From Candidatus Sumerlaeales bacterium (lineage in GTDB: Bacteria > Sumerlaeota > Sumerlaeia > Sumerlaeales > Sumerlaeaceae), in NCBI GenBank assembly GCA_036675025.1, contig JAKFFN010000298.1:1-57354 (forward strand): a stretch of DNA of 57,354 bases. Reading direction: 5' to 3'. The notes beneath the pieces were generated by a model. That model saw nothing but the letters and a program-made list of their open reading frames with translations. It was not told the DNA's origin and did not search any database. The position numbers and the translations under genes were made by a program. Below, one piece after another: positions 1 through 10,600 of the stretch (the first letter of the stretch is position 1; the number at the start of each line of letters is the position of its first letter).

Positions 1-346
1 GCCGCATCCACATCCACAGCACCACAAGAACTGGCGCGGTAAACTGAATCAGGTCGGCCAGGGCGGCATTCATCTGCCCGATTGCGTGATAAAGGAAAAA
101 ATTCGCACCGGCAATGCCCACCAAGCCGAGCACAGCGAAATAGGGAAGTTCGCGCAAAGGGACGCGGAATTGCTTTCGCGCAAAGACGGCCATGCCCAGA
201 GCCAGGATAGCCCAGGCAAAGCTAACCCGCGTCTGCGAAAGCAGCGCGGCGTCCACCTGTCCTGTGGTTATCAGATGCCGGGCCCAGGTGGCTGAGAGGC
301 CCCAGCAGACGGCGGCGGCCAGTATAAAGGAGTAACCGATGATCAT
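1..346 (-). CDS. EamA/DMT-family transporter, N-terminal part (runs off the window edge)
   Basis: Not in the ORF track; translated by hand from ATG at 346: MIIGYSFILAAAVCWGLSATWARHL...LLSQTRVSFAW...FAVLGLVGIAGANFFLYHAIGQMNAALADLIQFTAPVLVVLW, a typical EamA repeat (WG, R, 'A..IQFTAP'). Confidence 0.88.
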   Translation of the reverse strand, partial: MIIGYSFILAAAVCWGLSATWARHLITTGQVDAALLSQTRVSFAWAILALGMAVFARKQFRVPLRELPYFAVLGLVGIAGANFFLYHAIGQMNAALADLIQFTAPVLVVLWMWMR

Positions 347-362
347 TTGCGTGGTCTTAAAT

Positions 363-400
363 AAAAAAACGGCGGAAATCCCGGGGGATTACCGCCGTTT
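363..400 (-). terminator. Intrinsic terminator downstream of hup
   Basis: Minus strand reads AAACGGCGGTAATCCC-CC-GGGATTTCCGCCGTTTTTTT: GC-rich stem with a 7-T tract, about 35 nt after the HU stop. Confidence 0.85.
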
Positions 401-434
401 AATTCGTCAGGCTTCCAAGAAAGCCCGGCAGATG

Positions 435-713
435 TTAAAGCTTTTCCTTAACGGAAGGCGCAGGCTTAAAGCCAATGGTCTTGCTGGCTTTAATCTTGAT
501 GGGCTCACCCGTTTTAGGGTTACGGCCAGTTTTGGCAGCGCGAGTGCGGACAGTGAAAGTTCCGAAACCCGGAACAGCAAACCGCTTTTCCTTTTTGATA
601 ACCTTAACCATTTCCTCGAAGGCGGTGTCGATTACCTCACGGATAGCCGTTTTGCTGATCTCGTGCTTCTCAGCTTTTTTTGCCACGACATCGATGAACT
701 CTTGTTTCGTCAT
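435..713 (-). CDS. hup: DNA-binding protein HU
   Basis: 92 aa; MTKQEFI, GFGTF, R.A.TGRNPKTGE.I.I.A, FKP motifs; GAAAGGAG SD upstream. Confidence 0.97.
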   Translation of the reverse strand: MTKQEFIDVVAKKAEKHEISKTAIREVIDTAFEEMVKVIKKEKRFAVPGFGTFTVRTRAAKTGRNPKTGEPIKIKASKTIGFKPAPSVKEKL

Positions 714-843
714 GGTGTTCTCCTTTCCTCAAAATAAACATTGTGCAGCATTTACAGCAAACCTCTGATTCAGCCGCGGTGAATTTCATGGCAGGTTGTA
801 GCGGTCAACTGAAAAGTACGTAAATCTAACGGATAATCGTAAT

Positions 844-1662
844 ATGAGCCAAAAGAATAGGGGTCGCGAGCGACTTGACGTGTTGCTGGTGTCTCGCGGA
901 ATGGCAGAGAGTCGAGAACAGGCGAAACGCCTTATCCTGGCCGGAGTAGTCCAGGTTGCAGGAATTGCATTGCCCAAACCGGGGCAGCTTGTAGACAGTG
1001 CAATAGACATCATACTGAAGCAAGGCGAGAAATATGTCAGCCGCGGGGGCCTGAAACTGGAAGAGGCTCTGCGGTCATTTTTGATTAATCTCGACGGCCG
1101 CGTTTGCGCAGACATTGGCGCCAGTACAGGTGGTTTTACAGATTGTATGCTGCAGCACGGCGCCGCAAAAGTTTATGCAGTGGACGTGGGGGCATCGCAG
1201 ATGCATGAGCGCTTACAGCGTGATCCGAGGGTAACCCTGGTGGAGCATACAAATGCAAAAGACTTGGATCCCCATGTCTTTCCTGAGCGTCCGGACTTTG
1301 CGGCTGTGGATGTTTCCTTTATTTCCATATTGCGCGTAACTGCTTCTTTATCAAAGGTTATCGCCCAGGGGGCAGAGGCTGTATTTCTTGTAAAACCGCA
1401 GTTTGAAGCTGGTCGAGAAGAGGTTTCGCGCGGACGTGGCGTAATTAAAGACCCAGATGTCCATCGAGTGGTATTGCAAAAGGTGATAGAGGGATTGCTG
1501 GAGCAGGGGTGGCAACCGGAGAAACTGGTACCGTCTCCAATTAAAGGCGGGTCTGGTAACATTGAGTTTCTGTGCTTTTGCCGACTTGGCAGTGAGTCTT
1601 CAGGTAAACATGGAATTGATATTGACGAAGCAGTCCGATCTGCCGGAGCAAATCTGCAATGA
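844..1662 (+). CDS. tlyA: TlyA-family rRNA 2'-O-methyltransferase (S4 + FtsJ)
   Basis: RLDVLLV.RG.AESRE (S4), YVSRGGLKL, DIGASTGGFTD, DVSFIS, KPQFEAG, SPIKG..GNIEF. Confidence 0.96.
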   Translation: MSQKNRGRERLDVLLVSRGMAESREQAKRLILAGVVQVAGIALPKPGQLVDSAIDIILKQGEKYVSRGGLKLEEALRSFLINLDGRVCADIGASTGGFTDCMLQHGAAKVYAVDVGASQMHERLQRDPRVTLVEHTNAKDLDPHVFPERPDFAAVDVSFISILRVTASLSKVIAQGAEAVFLVKPQFEAGREEVSRGRGVIKDPDVHRVVLQKVIEGLLEQGWQPEKLVPSPIKGGSGNIEFLCFCRLGSESSGKHGIDIDEAVRSAGANLQ

Positions 1663-2579
1663 CCGTTGCAGTATCACAGGAAAATACGTCTGCCGGCCGC
1701 GAAAAGATTGCCATTCTGGCCAATCTTGAGAAAGCGGGCGTAACCGGTCTGCATGCAGATATCTGTGCCTGGGCAGACAGACAGGGCTACGATGTCGTTT
1801 CGAACCTGACTGAGACATCAGCGAGGTCAGAACATCTAAATCCGTTCGGAACCTTAACCACGCAGGAGTTGCAAAATCATCTGTCCCAGGCAAAGATGCT
1901 GGTAACTCTTGGTGGTGACGGTACTTTGCTTTACGCTGCGCAGCTGATCACGGCCGCCCAGATTCCGGTGCTTTCGGTTAACCTTGGAAGCCTTGGATTT
2001 CATACGCAAGTAAGCCCGCATAACCTTCAGGAATGCCTGGATTTTGTGGCAGGTGGCAATTACCAGGTAGAAAAGCGTATGGTGCTGCAGGCTCGTCTGA
2101 TTGCCGACGGCAGAGAGACGCATAGCATTCTGGCGCTAAATGATGTCGTAGTTTCCAAAAGCGCGTGGGGCCATGTAGTAAGCTTGCGGATCAGCGTGGA
2201 TGGAGAGATTCTTACAGATATTTCGGCAGATGCCATGATAATTTCGTCTCCGACAGGCTCTTCTGCCTATAACTACGCTGCCCGAGGTCCTGTCCTGTAT
2301 CCGAGCATGGATGCAATCATCTTAAACGCGCTTTGTGCTCACCGGATGAGAGTTTCGCCGCTGGTCATTCCCGGCAACTCTACCGTAGAGGTAAAGCTGA
2401 GATCACGCAGGGCCGGCGATTCTGCACAGGTATTAATCGATGGGCAGCCATGGCAGGCCATCGGGGATGAGGAAATCCTAAAGATTTCAAGGGCGCCAAT
2501 GTACCTGCCCTTGATTGTATTCGAAAATGATTTCTATGGTAAACTGCGTGACAAACTGCGCTGGGGAGGCTTATTCTGA
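1659..2579 (+). CDS. nadK: NAD(+) kinase
   Basis: LGGDGTLL, NLGSLGF, ALNDVV, SPTGSSAY motifs; ATGA overlap with tlyA, a common gene pair. Confidence 0.95.
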   Translation: MTVAVSQENTSAGREKIAILANLEKAGVTGLHADICAWADRQGYDVVSNLTETSARSEHLNPFGTLTTQELQNHLSQAKMLVTLGGDGTLLYAAQLITAAQIPVLSVNLGSLGFHTQVSPHNLQECLDFVAGGNYQVEKRMVLQARLIADGRETHSILALNDVVVSKSAWGHVVSLRISVDGEILTDISADAMIISSPTGSSAYNYAARGPVLYPSMDAIILNALCAHRMRVSPLVIPGNSTVEVKLRSRRAGDSAQVLIDGQPWQAIGDEEILKISRAPMYLPLIVFENDFYGKLRDKLRWGGLF

Positions 2580-5251
2580 GTAGGTTCCTGTTTCTTTTTC
2601 CCGTATTCCTGGTGGCTGCGGAACCGGCGCTGGCTGAAGTTGAAACCACAAACACAACAGCGGGTGTAACTATTAGTAACGAGCTAACAACAGGAGTTGT
2701 AAGCTCTGATTCTCAAACCACTACGTCTTCTGGCGATGCGGCAACAACTGCTGCCGAGGCAGTTACTAAACCCGTAGATGGAGTGTTCAGGTTCCCGGTT
2801 GGCAGTGAATGGGAACAGCGCCTGCAGGCGACTGGCGTATGGCCAGGTTCCATGTGGGCCCAGAAAACGGGTGTCACAACGCCGGAAGAAGCCGACCAAT
2901 TGACGGCGAGACGCCACTACTTTATGGGCTGGTACCATCTGGAAGTTGGACAGGCGGGCCGGGCAATTGAGCAGTTTACTGAAGCCTTGAAGTATGATCC
3001 CGAGAATTCCCATATTATGCTGGATACTGCCCGTGCACGACTTGCGGTGCGGGAGATTCTTGAGGCGCGGGAACTGGTCCAGAAAGTCCTCGACCGCGAG
3101 ACGACGAATGTGGAAGCACTGCGCTTACAGGCTGAAACCTATCTTATGGGCGCGGACGCAGCACAGGGGGATGAAAAAGAAACGCTGCTTAAAAGCGCAA
3201 TTGAATCGCTCGAGAAGGCGCGAGAAATCCAGCCAAAGCACCTGGAAGTACTACGGGGGCTGGCCAAGGCGTATGTACAGCAGCAGGATGTAGAAAAGGT
3301 TATTGCAGCCTATCGCGATATTGTCGCGGTGGACCCGAGAGATACGTACTCCCTTCTGATATTGGCACAGGTGCTCTCCCGTATGGATCGGCCAGAGGAA
3401 GCTATCAGCTATTATCGGAAAGTTATTGATCAGCGGCCGGGTTTTATCGGCGGCTACATTTACCTGGGCCAGTTATATGAGCGGCTGAAAAAATATGGGG
3501 ATGCCATCGACTTGTACAAGCAGGCCTTGTTAGTCGATCCGCGAAACGTGGATGTTCTGCAAAGATTCGAGGAGATTCTTCGGCAGATTCACGGTGCATC
3601 TAATACAGAGCGTGTCATAGCCGAGTATAAGAAATTTGCAGACGAGTATCCTGCTAATACGGAACTGCGCCGCATCCTGGCCGAGCGTCTGCAAGCAGCC
3701 GAACAGTTGCCCGCGGCGGCCGAGCAGTATGAAAAGATGCTGGGTATTGATCCGGAAAATGTCGAAGCCCTGATGGCGCTCGGCAAAATTTATGCTGAGC
3801 AAAAAGACTTCGACAAAGCTTCACAGTACCTGATGAAAGCCGTTGAAATTAATCCGGAGAAACTGGACCTTTATGATGTAATCGCAGGGACATTCCTGGC
3901 TCGCGAAAATACTGCGGATGCAATTGCACTTTACCGGAAAGCCATATCTTCAAACCCCAATGCAGAAAAACTCTATATCAGCCTTGCTGCGCTGCTTGAA
4001 GATGACGATATGACTACTGAGGCCATTAATGTAATGGAGCAGGCAGTTGATAAAGTGGGCGAAAAACCGGAGTTGCTGGCAGTGCTGGGCAAGTTCTATC
4101 GGCAGACGGATAAGACTGAGCTAGCCGAGAAGACTCTGCGGAAGGCTTACAACATGGAGCCAGACAACCTGCCGCTTTTTGGTGAGATGATTTCACTTTA
4201 CCTGGAAGAAGGAAACACGACCGCAGCAGCCGAAATTACGTCAAAAACAGCCTCCGGAACCGGGGCTGCAAAAGACGTGGTTCTAAGCGTGGCCGCCGAG
4301 TTTTACTTTAATTCGGGCCGGTTTGAGAAGGCGATGGAGCTGTATCTCCTGGCACTGGAAGAAAATCCGACAAAGCTGGACTATCTTGCCAGATTGGTCG
4401 GGATTGCAAATCGCCAGAAGCTGTTTGATCGCAGCCTTAGCTACGTTGAAAAATATGGACCGCGGATAAAAGATGAAGAGAAGGTACAGCAGCTGAAGGC
4501 TGAGGTGCTGATCGCTGCCGATAAATATGACGAAGCCATTGCCATCTATCAGAGTCTTCTGCGCGAAAATCCGCTGGACCTTAGCTACTACCAGTTCCTT
4601 GTCGACGCTTTCAATGATGCAGATCGCTACGCTGACGCTATCAAAACTGTTAAGACGGCGGAAGATAAATTCGGCAAGAGTGATCCGGAAGCCGTGCTGA
4701 TGATGGCGGGAATGGTTCACTACAAGCATAAGAAATTCGCCGAAGCACAAAAGGCTTTCCAAGAGCTAATCAGGAAAACTGATGGCAAGAACGATGACGC
4801 CTACTACTTCCTTGGGTCTGTTTACCTTGATCAAAAAAAGTACGAAGAAGCGGAAAAGCAGTTCCGAAAAGCCATTGAGATCAACCCGAATTCTGCAAAT
4901 GCGCTGAACGCATTAGGCTATATGTTTGCTGAGCGGGGTGTAAATCTTCCGGAAGCCAAGGAGCTTATCTCACAGGCCCTGGAGATCAATCCGTCGGCGC
5001 CGCACATCCTCGATAGTATGGGATGGGTGCTCTTTAAAACTGGCGACCTTACCGGCGCAGAAGATTACATCCAGAGGGCAGCCAGGCATTATGAGGATGC
5101 GGAGATCTTTACCCATCTTGGTGATATTTATCTTGAGCAGGGTAAGCGGGAACTGGCTCGTGAAATGTATCAGCGGGTGCTGGAGCTAGAACCAGACAGA
5201 AAAGAAGTGCGTACCAAACTGCAGAGCCTGGGGAACAATGGCGCGCAGTAA
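2576..5251 (+). CDS. Large exported tetratricopeptide-repeat protein (probable CTG start at 2576; ORF track start GTG 2612)
   Basis: Many TPR units (A...L..DP) and a C-terminal 'ALNALGYMFAERG.NL.EA...ILDSMGWVLFK.G' block. In-frame extension to CTG 2576 gives signal peptide (M)SRFLFLFPVFLVAAEPALA with GGAGG 6 nt upstream. Confidence 0.9.
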   Translation: MSRFLFLFPVFLVAAEPALAEVETTNTTAGVTISNELTTGVVSSDSQTTTSSGDAATTAAEAVTKPVDGVFRFPVGSEWEQRLQATGVWPGSMWAQKTGVTTPEEADQLTARRHYFMGWYHLEVGQAGRAIEQFTEALKYDPENSHIMLDTARARLAVREILEARELVQKVLDRETTNVEALRLQAETYLMGADAAQGDEKETLLKSAIESLEKAREIQPKHLEVLRGLAKAYVQQQDVEKVIAAYRDIVAVDPRDTYSLLILAQVLSRMDRPEEAISYYRKVIDQRPGFIGGYIYLGQLYERLKKYGDAIDLYKQALLVDPRNVDVLQRFEEILRQIHGASNTERVIAEYKKFADEYPANTELRRILAERLQAAEQLPAAAEQYEKMLGIDPENVEALMALGKIYAEQKDFDKASQYLMKAVEINPEKLDLYDVIAGTFLARENTADAIALYRKAISSNPNAEKLYISLAALLEDDDMTTEAINVMEQAVDKVGEKPELLAVLGKFYRQTDKTELAEKTLRKAYNMEPDNLPLFGEMISLYLEEGNTTAAAEITSKTASGTGAAKDVVLSVAAEFYFNSGRFEKAMELYLLALEENPTKLDYLARLVGIANRQKLFDRSLSYVEKYGPRIKDEEKVQQLKAEVLIAADKYDEAIAIYQSLLRENPLDLSYYQFLVDAFNDADRYADAIKTVKTAEDKFGKSDPEAVLMMAGMVHYKHKKFAEAQKAFQELIRKTDGKNDDAYYFLGSVYLDQKKYEEAEKQFRKAIEINPNSANALNALGYMFAERGVNLPEAKELISQALEINPSAPHILDSMGWVLFKTGDLTGAEDYIQRAARHYEDAEIFTHLGDIYLEQGKRELAREMYQRVLELEPDRKEVRTKLQSLGNNGAQ

Positions 5252-5549
5252 GCCGAAGCGAAAGCAAGTATCTGGCGCCGGTGCTGCAGGAGCCATAACG
5301 GCTTCAGCTTCGAACAGCAAGCTGAGCTTTCGCGGCTATTTTGTTCTCAATGCGATATTTTCCAGCTTTTGCATTCTGCAGCTCATACTGGTGCGGCTCC
5401 TGTTGCGCGATTTTGCCGGACTTTATTTCTTTTTTATATTCCTGATGGTGTCATTTCTGGTCGTTTCGCTGTTTGATTACTTTGCAGAGAAAACCGGTCT
5501 GGGCGATCAGATAGAGGGCAGTAGCGTACCAGTTAATGAACATCCCTGA
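5238..5549 (+). CDS. Small membrane protein with two predicted TM helices, function unknown
   Basis: Basic N-terminus, two hydrophobic stretches; overlaps both neighbours by 14 nt within an operon. Confidence 0.75.
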   Translation: MARSKPKRKQVSGAGAAGAITASASNSKLSFRGYFVLNAIFSSFCILQLILVRLLLRDFAGLYFFFIFLMVSFLVVSLFDYFAEKTGLGDQIEGSSVPVNEHP

Positions 5550-6924
5550 TCTCCGCGTTAGTCCATCACAACGATTTGACGCCATAGTTTACCCTGCAGA
5601 CCGGCCATTGCACGGTACGATTGTGGCACAGCCTTCCAAGAATTATACTACCCGCTACTTACTAGCGGCTGCCCTTGCCGACGGTGTCAGCATCGTACGA
5701 AATTGCGCTACCAGTGCTGATTCCGCGGCCCTCCAGCGGTGCCTGATACAAATGGGTGCGACGATCGAGCAGTTGCCAGGGAACCCTGGCGAAGGTGTTG
5801 ATTTGCGCATTACTGGCGTGGCTGGAAAACCGCAACTCGTTGATTCCAGTCCAATAAACCCCGGAAATGCCGGGGCCGTATTGCGTTTTCTGCTGGGTGT
5901 GGCAGCATTGCTCCCGGAAGTCACGTTCGTAACTGATCACCATGAATCTCTTGGCAAGCGGCCAAACCAGGACCTGCTGAATGCGCTCGAACAGCTTGGT
6001 TGCGATGTTCAGTCGAATGATGGGAAGCTACCAATCACACTGAAGGGTGGCAGTCTTCAGGGCGGCAAGATAACTATCGATGCTTCGAGAAGCTCTCAGT
6101 TTTTGAGCGGCCTTCTTTTCCTCGCTCCTCTTATCGGAAAAGACATTGAGATCCAGGTAATGGGAGAACTGGTGTCAAAAGCTCCGGTTCGCCAGACGCT
6201 CGAGGTTTTAAGAGCGGCAGGTATCAATGTGAACGCTGATCCTGACCTTCTGAAGTACAATGTGTCGCCCGGCTCGTATCTGGCAGGCGAGTACCATGTA
6301 AACGGCGACTGGCCGGGGTCGGCAGCGCTTCTGGCGGCAGCAGCGGTTACAGATGGCAACATCAAACTGATGCAGTTATGTAACGACGAGCAGGGCGAAA
6401 AAGCGTCGGGGGATGTGCTAAAATCCATGGGAGCTGACTTCTCTTATTTGCCTGATGGACGCGGTGTAAGCCTCACTGGCAGTGGAAAGTTGAGCGGCCT
6501 TAATTTTGACGGTGACCTGGCGACCGATGCGGTGTTGGCTCTTATGGGAGCTGCCGCGCTAGCTGAAGGAAAAACCCGGTTTTATAATGTGAGCAATCTT
6601 CGCATCAAAGAATGCGATAGGATCACTGAACCTATTGCTGAACTTCGTAAACTTGGCGTCCGCTGCTGGGAGGGAAATGAAACCGGCGATGAAGATCCCG
6701 ATGCTATTGTTATCGAGGGAAACCCTGACGGCTATGAGGGCGGGGTAACAGTCGATGGCCGGGATGACCATCGAGTTATTATGCTTCTTTCAATTGTCGC
6801 ACTTTGCTGTAAGCAGCCGGTGCGGATATTGCGGGCACACCAGGTAGCAAAATCATACCCCGGATACTTTGTGCATTTGTCACAGCTTGGGGCAAAGGTC
6901 GAAACTGAAGGATTATCAGCATGA
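5536..6924 (+). CDS. aroA: 3-phosphoshikimate 1-carboxyvinyltransferase (EPSP synthase)
   Basis: PSKNYTTR, GNAGAVLRF, SSQFLSGLL, LRIKECDRI, DDHRVIM, VAKSYPGYF. Confidence 0.95.
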   Translation: MNIPDLRVSPSQRFDAIVYPADRPLHGTIVAQPSKNYTTRYLLAAALADGVSIVRNCATSADSAALQRCLIQMGATIEQLPGNPGEGVDLRITGVAGKPQLVDSSPINPGNAGAVLRFLLGVAALLPEVTFVTDHHESLGKRPNQDLLNALEQLGCDVQSNDGKLPITLKGGSLQGGKITIDASRSSQFLSGLLFLAPLIGKDIEIQVMGELVSKAPVRQTLEVLRAAGINVNADPDLLKYNVSPGSYLAGEYHVNGDWPGSAALLAAAAVTDGNIKLMQLCNDEQGEKASGDVLKSMGADFSYLPDGRGVSLTGSGKLSGLNFDGDLATDAVLALMGAAALAEGKTRFYNVSNLRIKECDRITEPIAELRKLGVRCWEGNETGDEDPDAIVIEGNPDGYEGGVTVDGRDDHRVIMLLSIVALCCKQPVRILRAHQVAKSYPGYFVHLSQLGAKVETEGLSA

Positions 6925-7661
6925 GAAACTTCTTCCGTGAGCTTGATTCGAATCTGAGCAGCGCCTTGTCGCCGGTTGTAAAGTGGATCATTTATATCTG
7001 CGTCGGCATCTATCTCGTCCTGTTGCTGTTGGCACCGTTCTTCAGTGCAGGACCGGGTCTAATGGTGCAGTGGCTGGGCGCCAGTGTGACTGACAGTATA
7101 CTTAAAGGGCGTATCTGGCAGTTAATCACCTATGCTTTTATGCATGGTGGGTTTGGGCATCTTTTCTTTAACCTGCTGGCGCTGTATTTTTTCGGGCAGC
7201 GATTGGAATATCGCTGGGGTTCAGGTCCTTTTGCCCGGTTTTGTATTATCGTTGGTGCGGGTGCCGTGCTTACTCACCTGGCAGTTGTGGGGCTAAGATA
7301 TGCGGTTGTGGGATCACCCATGAACGATATTATTATCGGTCTCAGTGGCGTAATCTATGGCATCATGATCGCCTGTGCGATGTACTATCCGGACGACATT
7401 GTGTACTTCCAGTTCTTCATCCCGATTAAGCTGAAGTACCTTGTGCTAATTATGGGCATACTTACGCTTTTAAGTGCCGGTGGGGGGCTTAATGGCGCGG
7501 GTACTGGAGTTGCCCATCTGACCCACCTTGGGGGTCTGCTTTTCGGGTTCCTCTACGTTAAGTTTCCCGCGGGCTTTGAATGGCTCCCAGTGCCGCGTAA
7601 CCCATTCCGAAAGAAACCAAAGTTTATTGATCCACGCGAGCGGTGGAGAAACTTCCGATGA
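6921..7661 (+). CDS. Rhomboid-family intramembrane serine protease
   Basis: WQLITYAFMHG..HLFFN, GLSG catalytic Ser motif, AHLTHLGG catalytic His. Confidence 0.94.
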   Translation: MRNFFRELDSNLSSALSPVVKWIIYICVGIYLVLLLLAPFFSAGPGLMVQWLGASVTDSILKGRIWQLITYAFMHGGFGHLFFNLLALYFFGQRLEYRWGSGPFARFCIIVGAGAVLTHLAVVGLRYAVVGSPMNDIIIGLSGVIYGIMIACAMYYPDDIVYFQFFIPIKLKYLVLIMGILTLLSAGGGLNGAGTGVAHLTHLGGLLFGFLYVKFPAGFEWLPVPRNPFRKKPKFIDPRERWRNFR

Positions 7662-7669
7662 GAAGATAT

Positions 7670-10600
7670 TTAGTCTTCACCTTCCGATGAATCTTCAGGA
7701 ATTGTATCGTCGGCTTTCGCTTCGGGGTTCTCGTCCGACTCTTTTTCTTCCTCGGTAAGCGGAACATCTTCGCCGCCGTATTTGGCTTCCAGAGAAGTCG
7801 TTGATTCGCCGGACCCGGTGGTCTCAAAATCTTCCAGGCTTAGCGATTCCGTGGTAATCGCATCAATCGGCTCAGGCAAGGCAGGTTTCTGCGGCGTTAC
7901 GGTACCATCTGACTTCCGGGGCCACCCGTCCAGCTGCAGGGTAGCTCCCTCTTCCAGCATAAAGGGTTCAGCAAAAGTCACAAGGTTTTGCGGTGTGCCA
8001 TCCTGGGTGATGGTGCTGGCGATGCTGGTAATTGTCGAAGACGTGAAATCGGGATTTACCCGTGTGATCGCAAGAGTCCCGGTAGAATCGTTCTGATGAT
8101 ACTTCAGCCAGCCCCAGAATGCCGGGGTGAAGACCGGAACCTCCATTTCACTGTCTGGCGCGCCGATGGTTTGCGGCTTTAACAGGAGCCGTTTTGCAGG
8201 AACATCATGCACTACTCCAGACATCCCGCGCCAGAGCGTCCATGCGGCCATGGCAGAACGATGATACCTGATTTGCGAACGGGCAGCAGTGGGCACCTCG
8301 TATCGCAGAGCCTGTTTCCACGGCGCCTTCTGGGCTGCGTATGCCACCTGGAACATGCGAACGTACGGTTCCAGTCCAATTTCGGCTAATCCTGCTGCTA
8401 ATCCCACCGCGCCTGTGTACGTCTGCAGCGGAGCGGGAAAGGAGAACTTCTCGCTGGTGTCGGCACCTGCTGTATTTACTTCCATGAGCGGAACAGGTTT
8501 GGAATCTGCAAAGTTGTTGGCCTGCAGAGTTTCCAGAAATTTAGTTATTTGGTCAGGCTGAAGGGGAGAGGGCAGAGCGGCTTGCCTGGCTGCATATTCT
8601 GCAGACAAAAGAGCCGCAAAAGTTGATGTGGTTTCCTGCGACAAGCCCATCACGAAAGGCTGCACAAAGGCTTCTGTTGATGTTGCCGGTTCCTGCAGAA
8701 GTATGGGCGTGGCTTTGAGTGCTGTGATAGTGTTCAGGAACGTCATCTCGCCGGCGCCTGTAAAGCTGTTGGTGGAGGTAAATGCGTTAGTACTGTCGGC
8801 CACCTGGCCGCTTTCCAGTTGTTGCTTCAGAAAATCCCTGGCTTTCACCATGGCCGGCTTAATTTCGTTAAGAAAATCACGGTCACCTGTTTCACGCCAG
8901 TAGGCAGCTACCTGTAAAACCCAGCAGGCCGTCGGGTCCACCCAGTCATTACCTAACAATGTGGGATCAAAGCCCGCCAGTGCTCCGTGGATATTTCCAA
9001 TGTAACGCGGTATGCGGCCTGTTGCCGTATCCTGAGCGCGCGCGTACAGCCGCAACTCACCTTTTTCCAGCTCGGGATACATGGTTCGCAGGAAGTCGCC
9101 TGCGGCCAGGCGTAAGTCGACTGGACCCAGCATGCCTTTCATATCTGCAGGTGCTTCCAGCATGGCGAAGCGCTGATTCTTTAGCAGTACTGTGTTGGAT
9201 TTGATCGGGAATAACGAATTGAGCGTGTGCGTTTTCAGCCACTGCGGAATACTGGAGCGATCCACCATCTCGTACCACTCGTCGGTGGCTTGCCGCATTT
9301 CAAATCGTTTGCTGGCAATATAAGAGGCTACACCGGCAGATGAGCCAAACCGGTCGGCGTAGTTGGGAACCTCTTTGGCTGGAGTGCCGTCAGCTGAATC
9401 CAGTGTTATTATCTCCGGCATGTACCAGGAGATAATAAATGGTACCCGGCGAACTTCTTTGGGGGCCAAGTTAAAAGAGACGCATATCGTGGAGGCCGCA
9501 GGGCCGGCTTTGGGATCACCTGTTACGGTTGCAGGGGCCGCTGGAATTCGATCCAGTCTTAGTTCCCGAGCAAAAGTTTTCCACCAGGGAATTGATCCGG
9601 TTCTGGGATTCCAGTTCAGTTTCCGGGTAATGGATGCACCTTTAATGGGAGTTCCGACAAAATAATCACCGGTAAAGGTCGCCTGTCGGATCTGCTGGTT
9701 AAAGTCATTGGTGATCTGGAAGCCGGTTACTGTTGATGTTGCCGCGTCCTGGTGCGTAGAACGTCCAATAAAGCCGTGCTGATCACCAGGCAGAAGGCTG
9801 CCGCCGCGGCCGTTTAAATCTTCCCATGACAATGCCACACCCACAGACACGGGGTAAGATTTAGAGTTGGTCAGCGTAACAGATACTATTCCGCCGGGTA
9901 GCGACGAATCCTCGATGTTGCCCGGCGAAACCGGCGACCAGGCTTCTACTTTAGCGTCGACGTACATGTCTTTGTCTGAGAATTCCCACCGTGCAAAGGG
10001 AAAGCTGCCGGTAAATTCCACTTCTTTATAGGCCGGGTGATTCTTAAATGCCGCCTTCTCACTGGTACCCGAAGGGTTTACCTGCATAATCCTGGCAACG
10101 CCAGAACCTGATCGTGCCTTGGCTGCAATGGCGAGGAACGTTCCTTGTGGCCGCAAGACCGGAAGGTCCCAGGAATTGTTTATGGTAACATTCGCAAACT
10201 GTCCATTGGGAAGAATTGCGAACTTACCGGTACCGATACCGCCGATGGGTACTCCGCTGTTCCAGGTTTCTGCTGAACCATCAAGCGAAACGGACCCGGT
10301 TTCTACGTCGAAAGATGCCTGTTGATCCGCCGGAACGACATCCTCATCGGGCGACCCGCCTGGAGTAATAGTTACGGGTGCGGTAACAAGCCTATCAATG
10401 CCATCGCCTGTAACACGGATGTAGTTTACGGCTGCATCGCCTGTAGTACCGACAAAATGGAAGTCAAGAAAGCCGCGGTTAGGAGTAATGGTGAATTTTT
10501 TCACTACCGACTTTAGGGGTCCACCAGCTTCTTTGAAGATATCAAAGCTGCTAAGTGCTCGTTTTTCGTTAACGTAGACGTTGAATTCTCGCGCGCCGGT

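Noticed and set aside
86-768. Plus-strand ORFs 86..295, 339..737 and 475..768
   Set aside because: Antisense shadows of the EamA and HU genes; no recognisable motifs.
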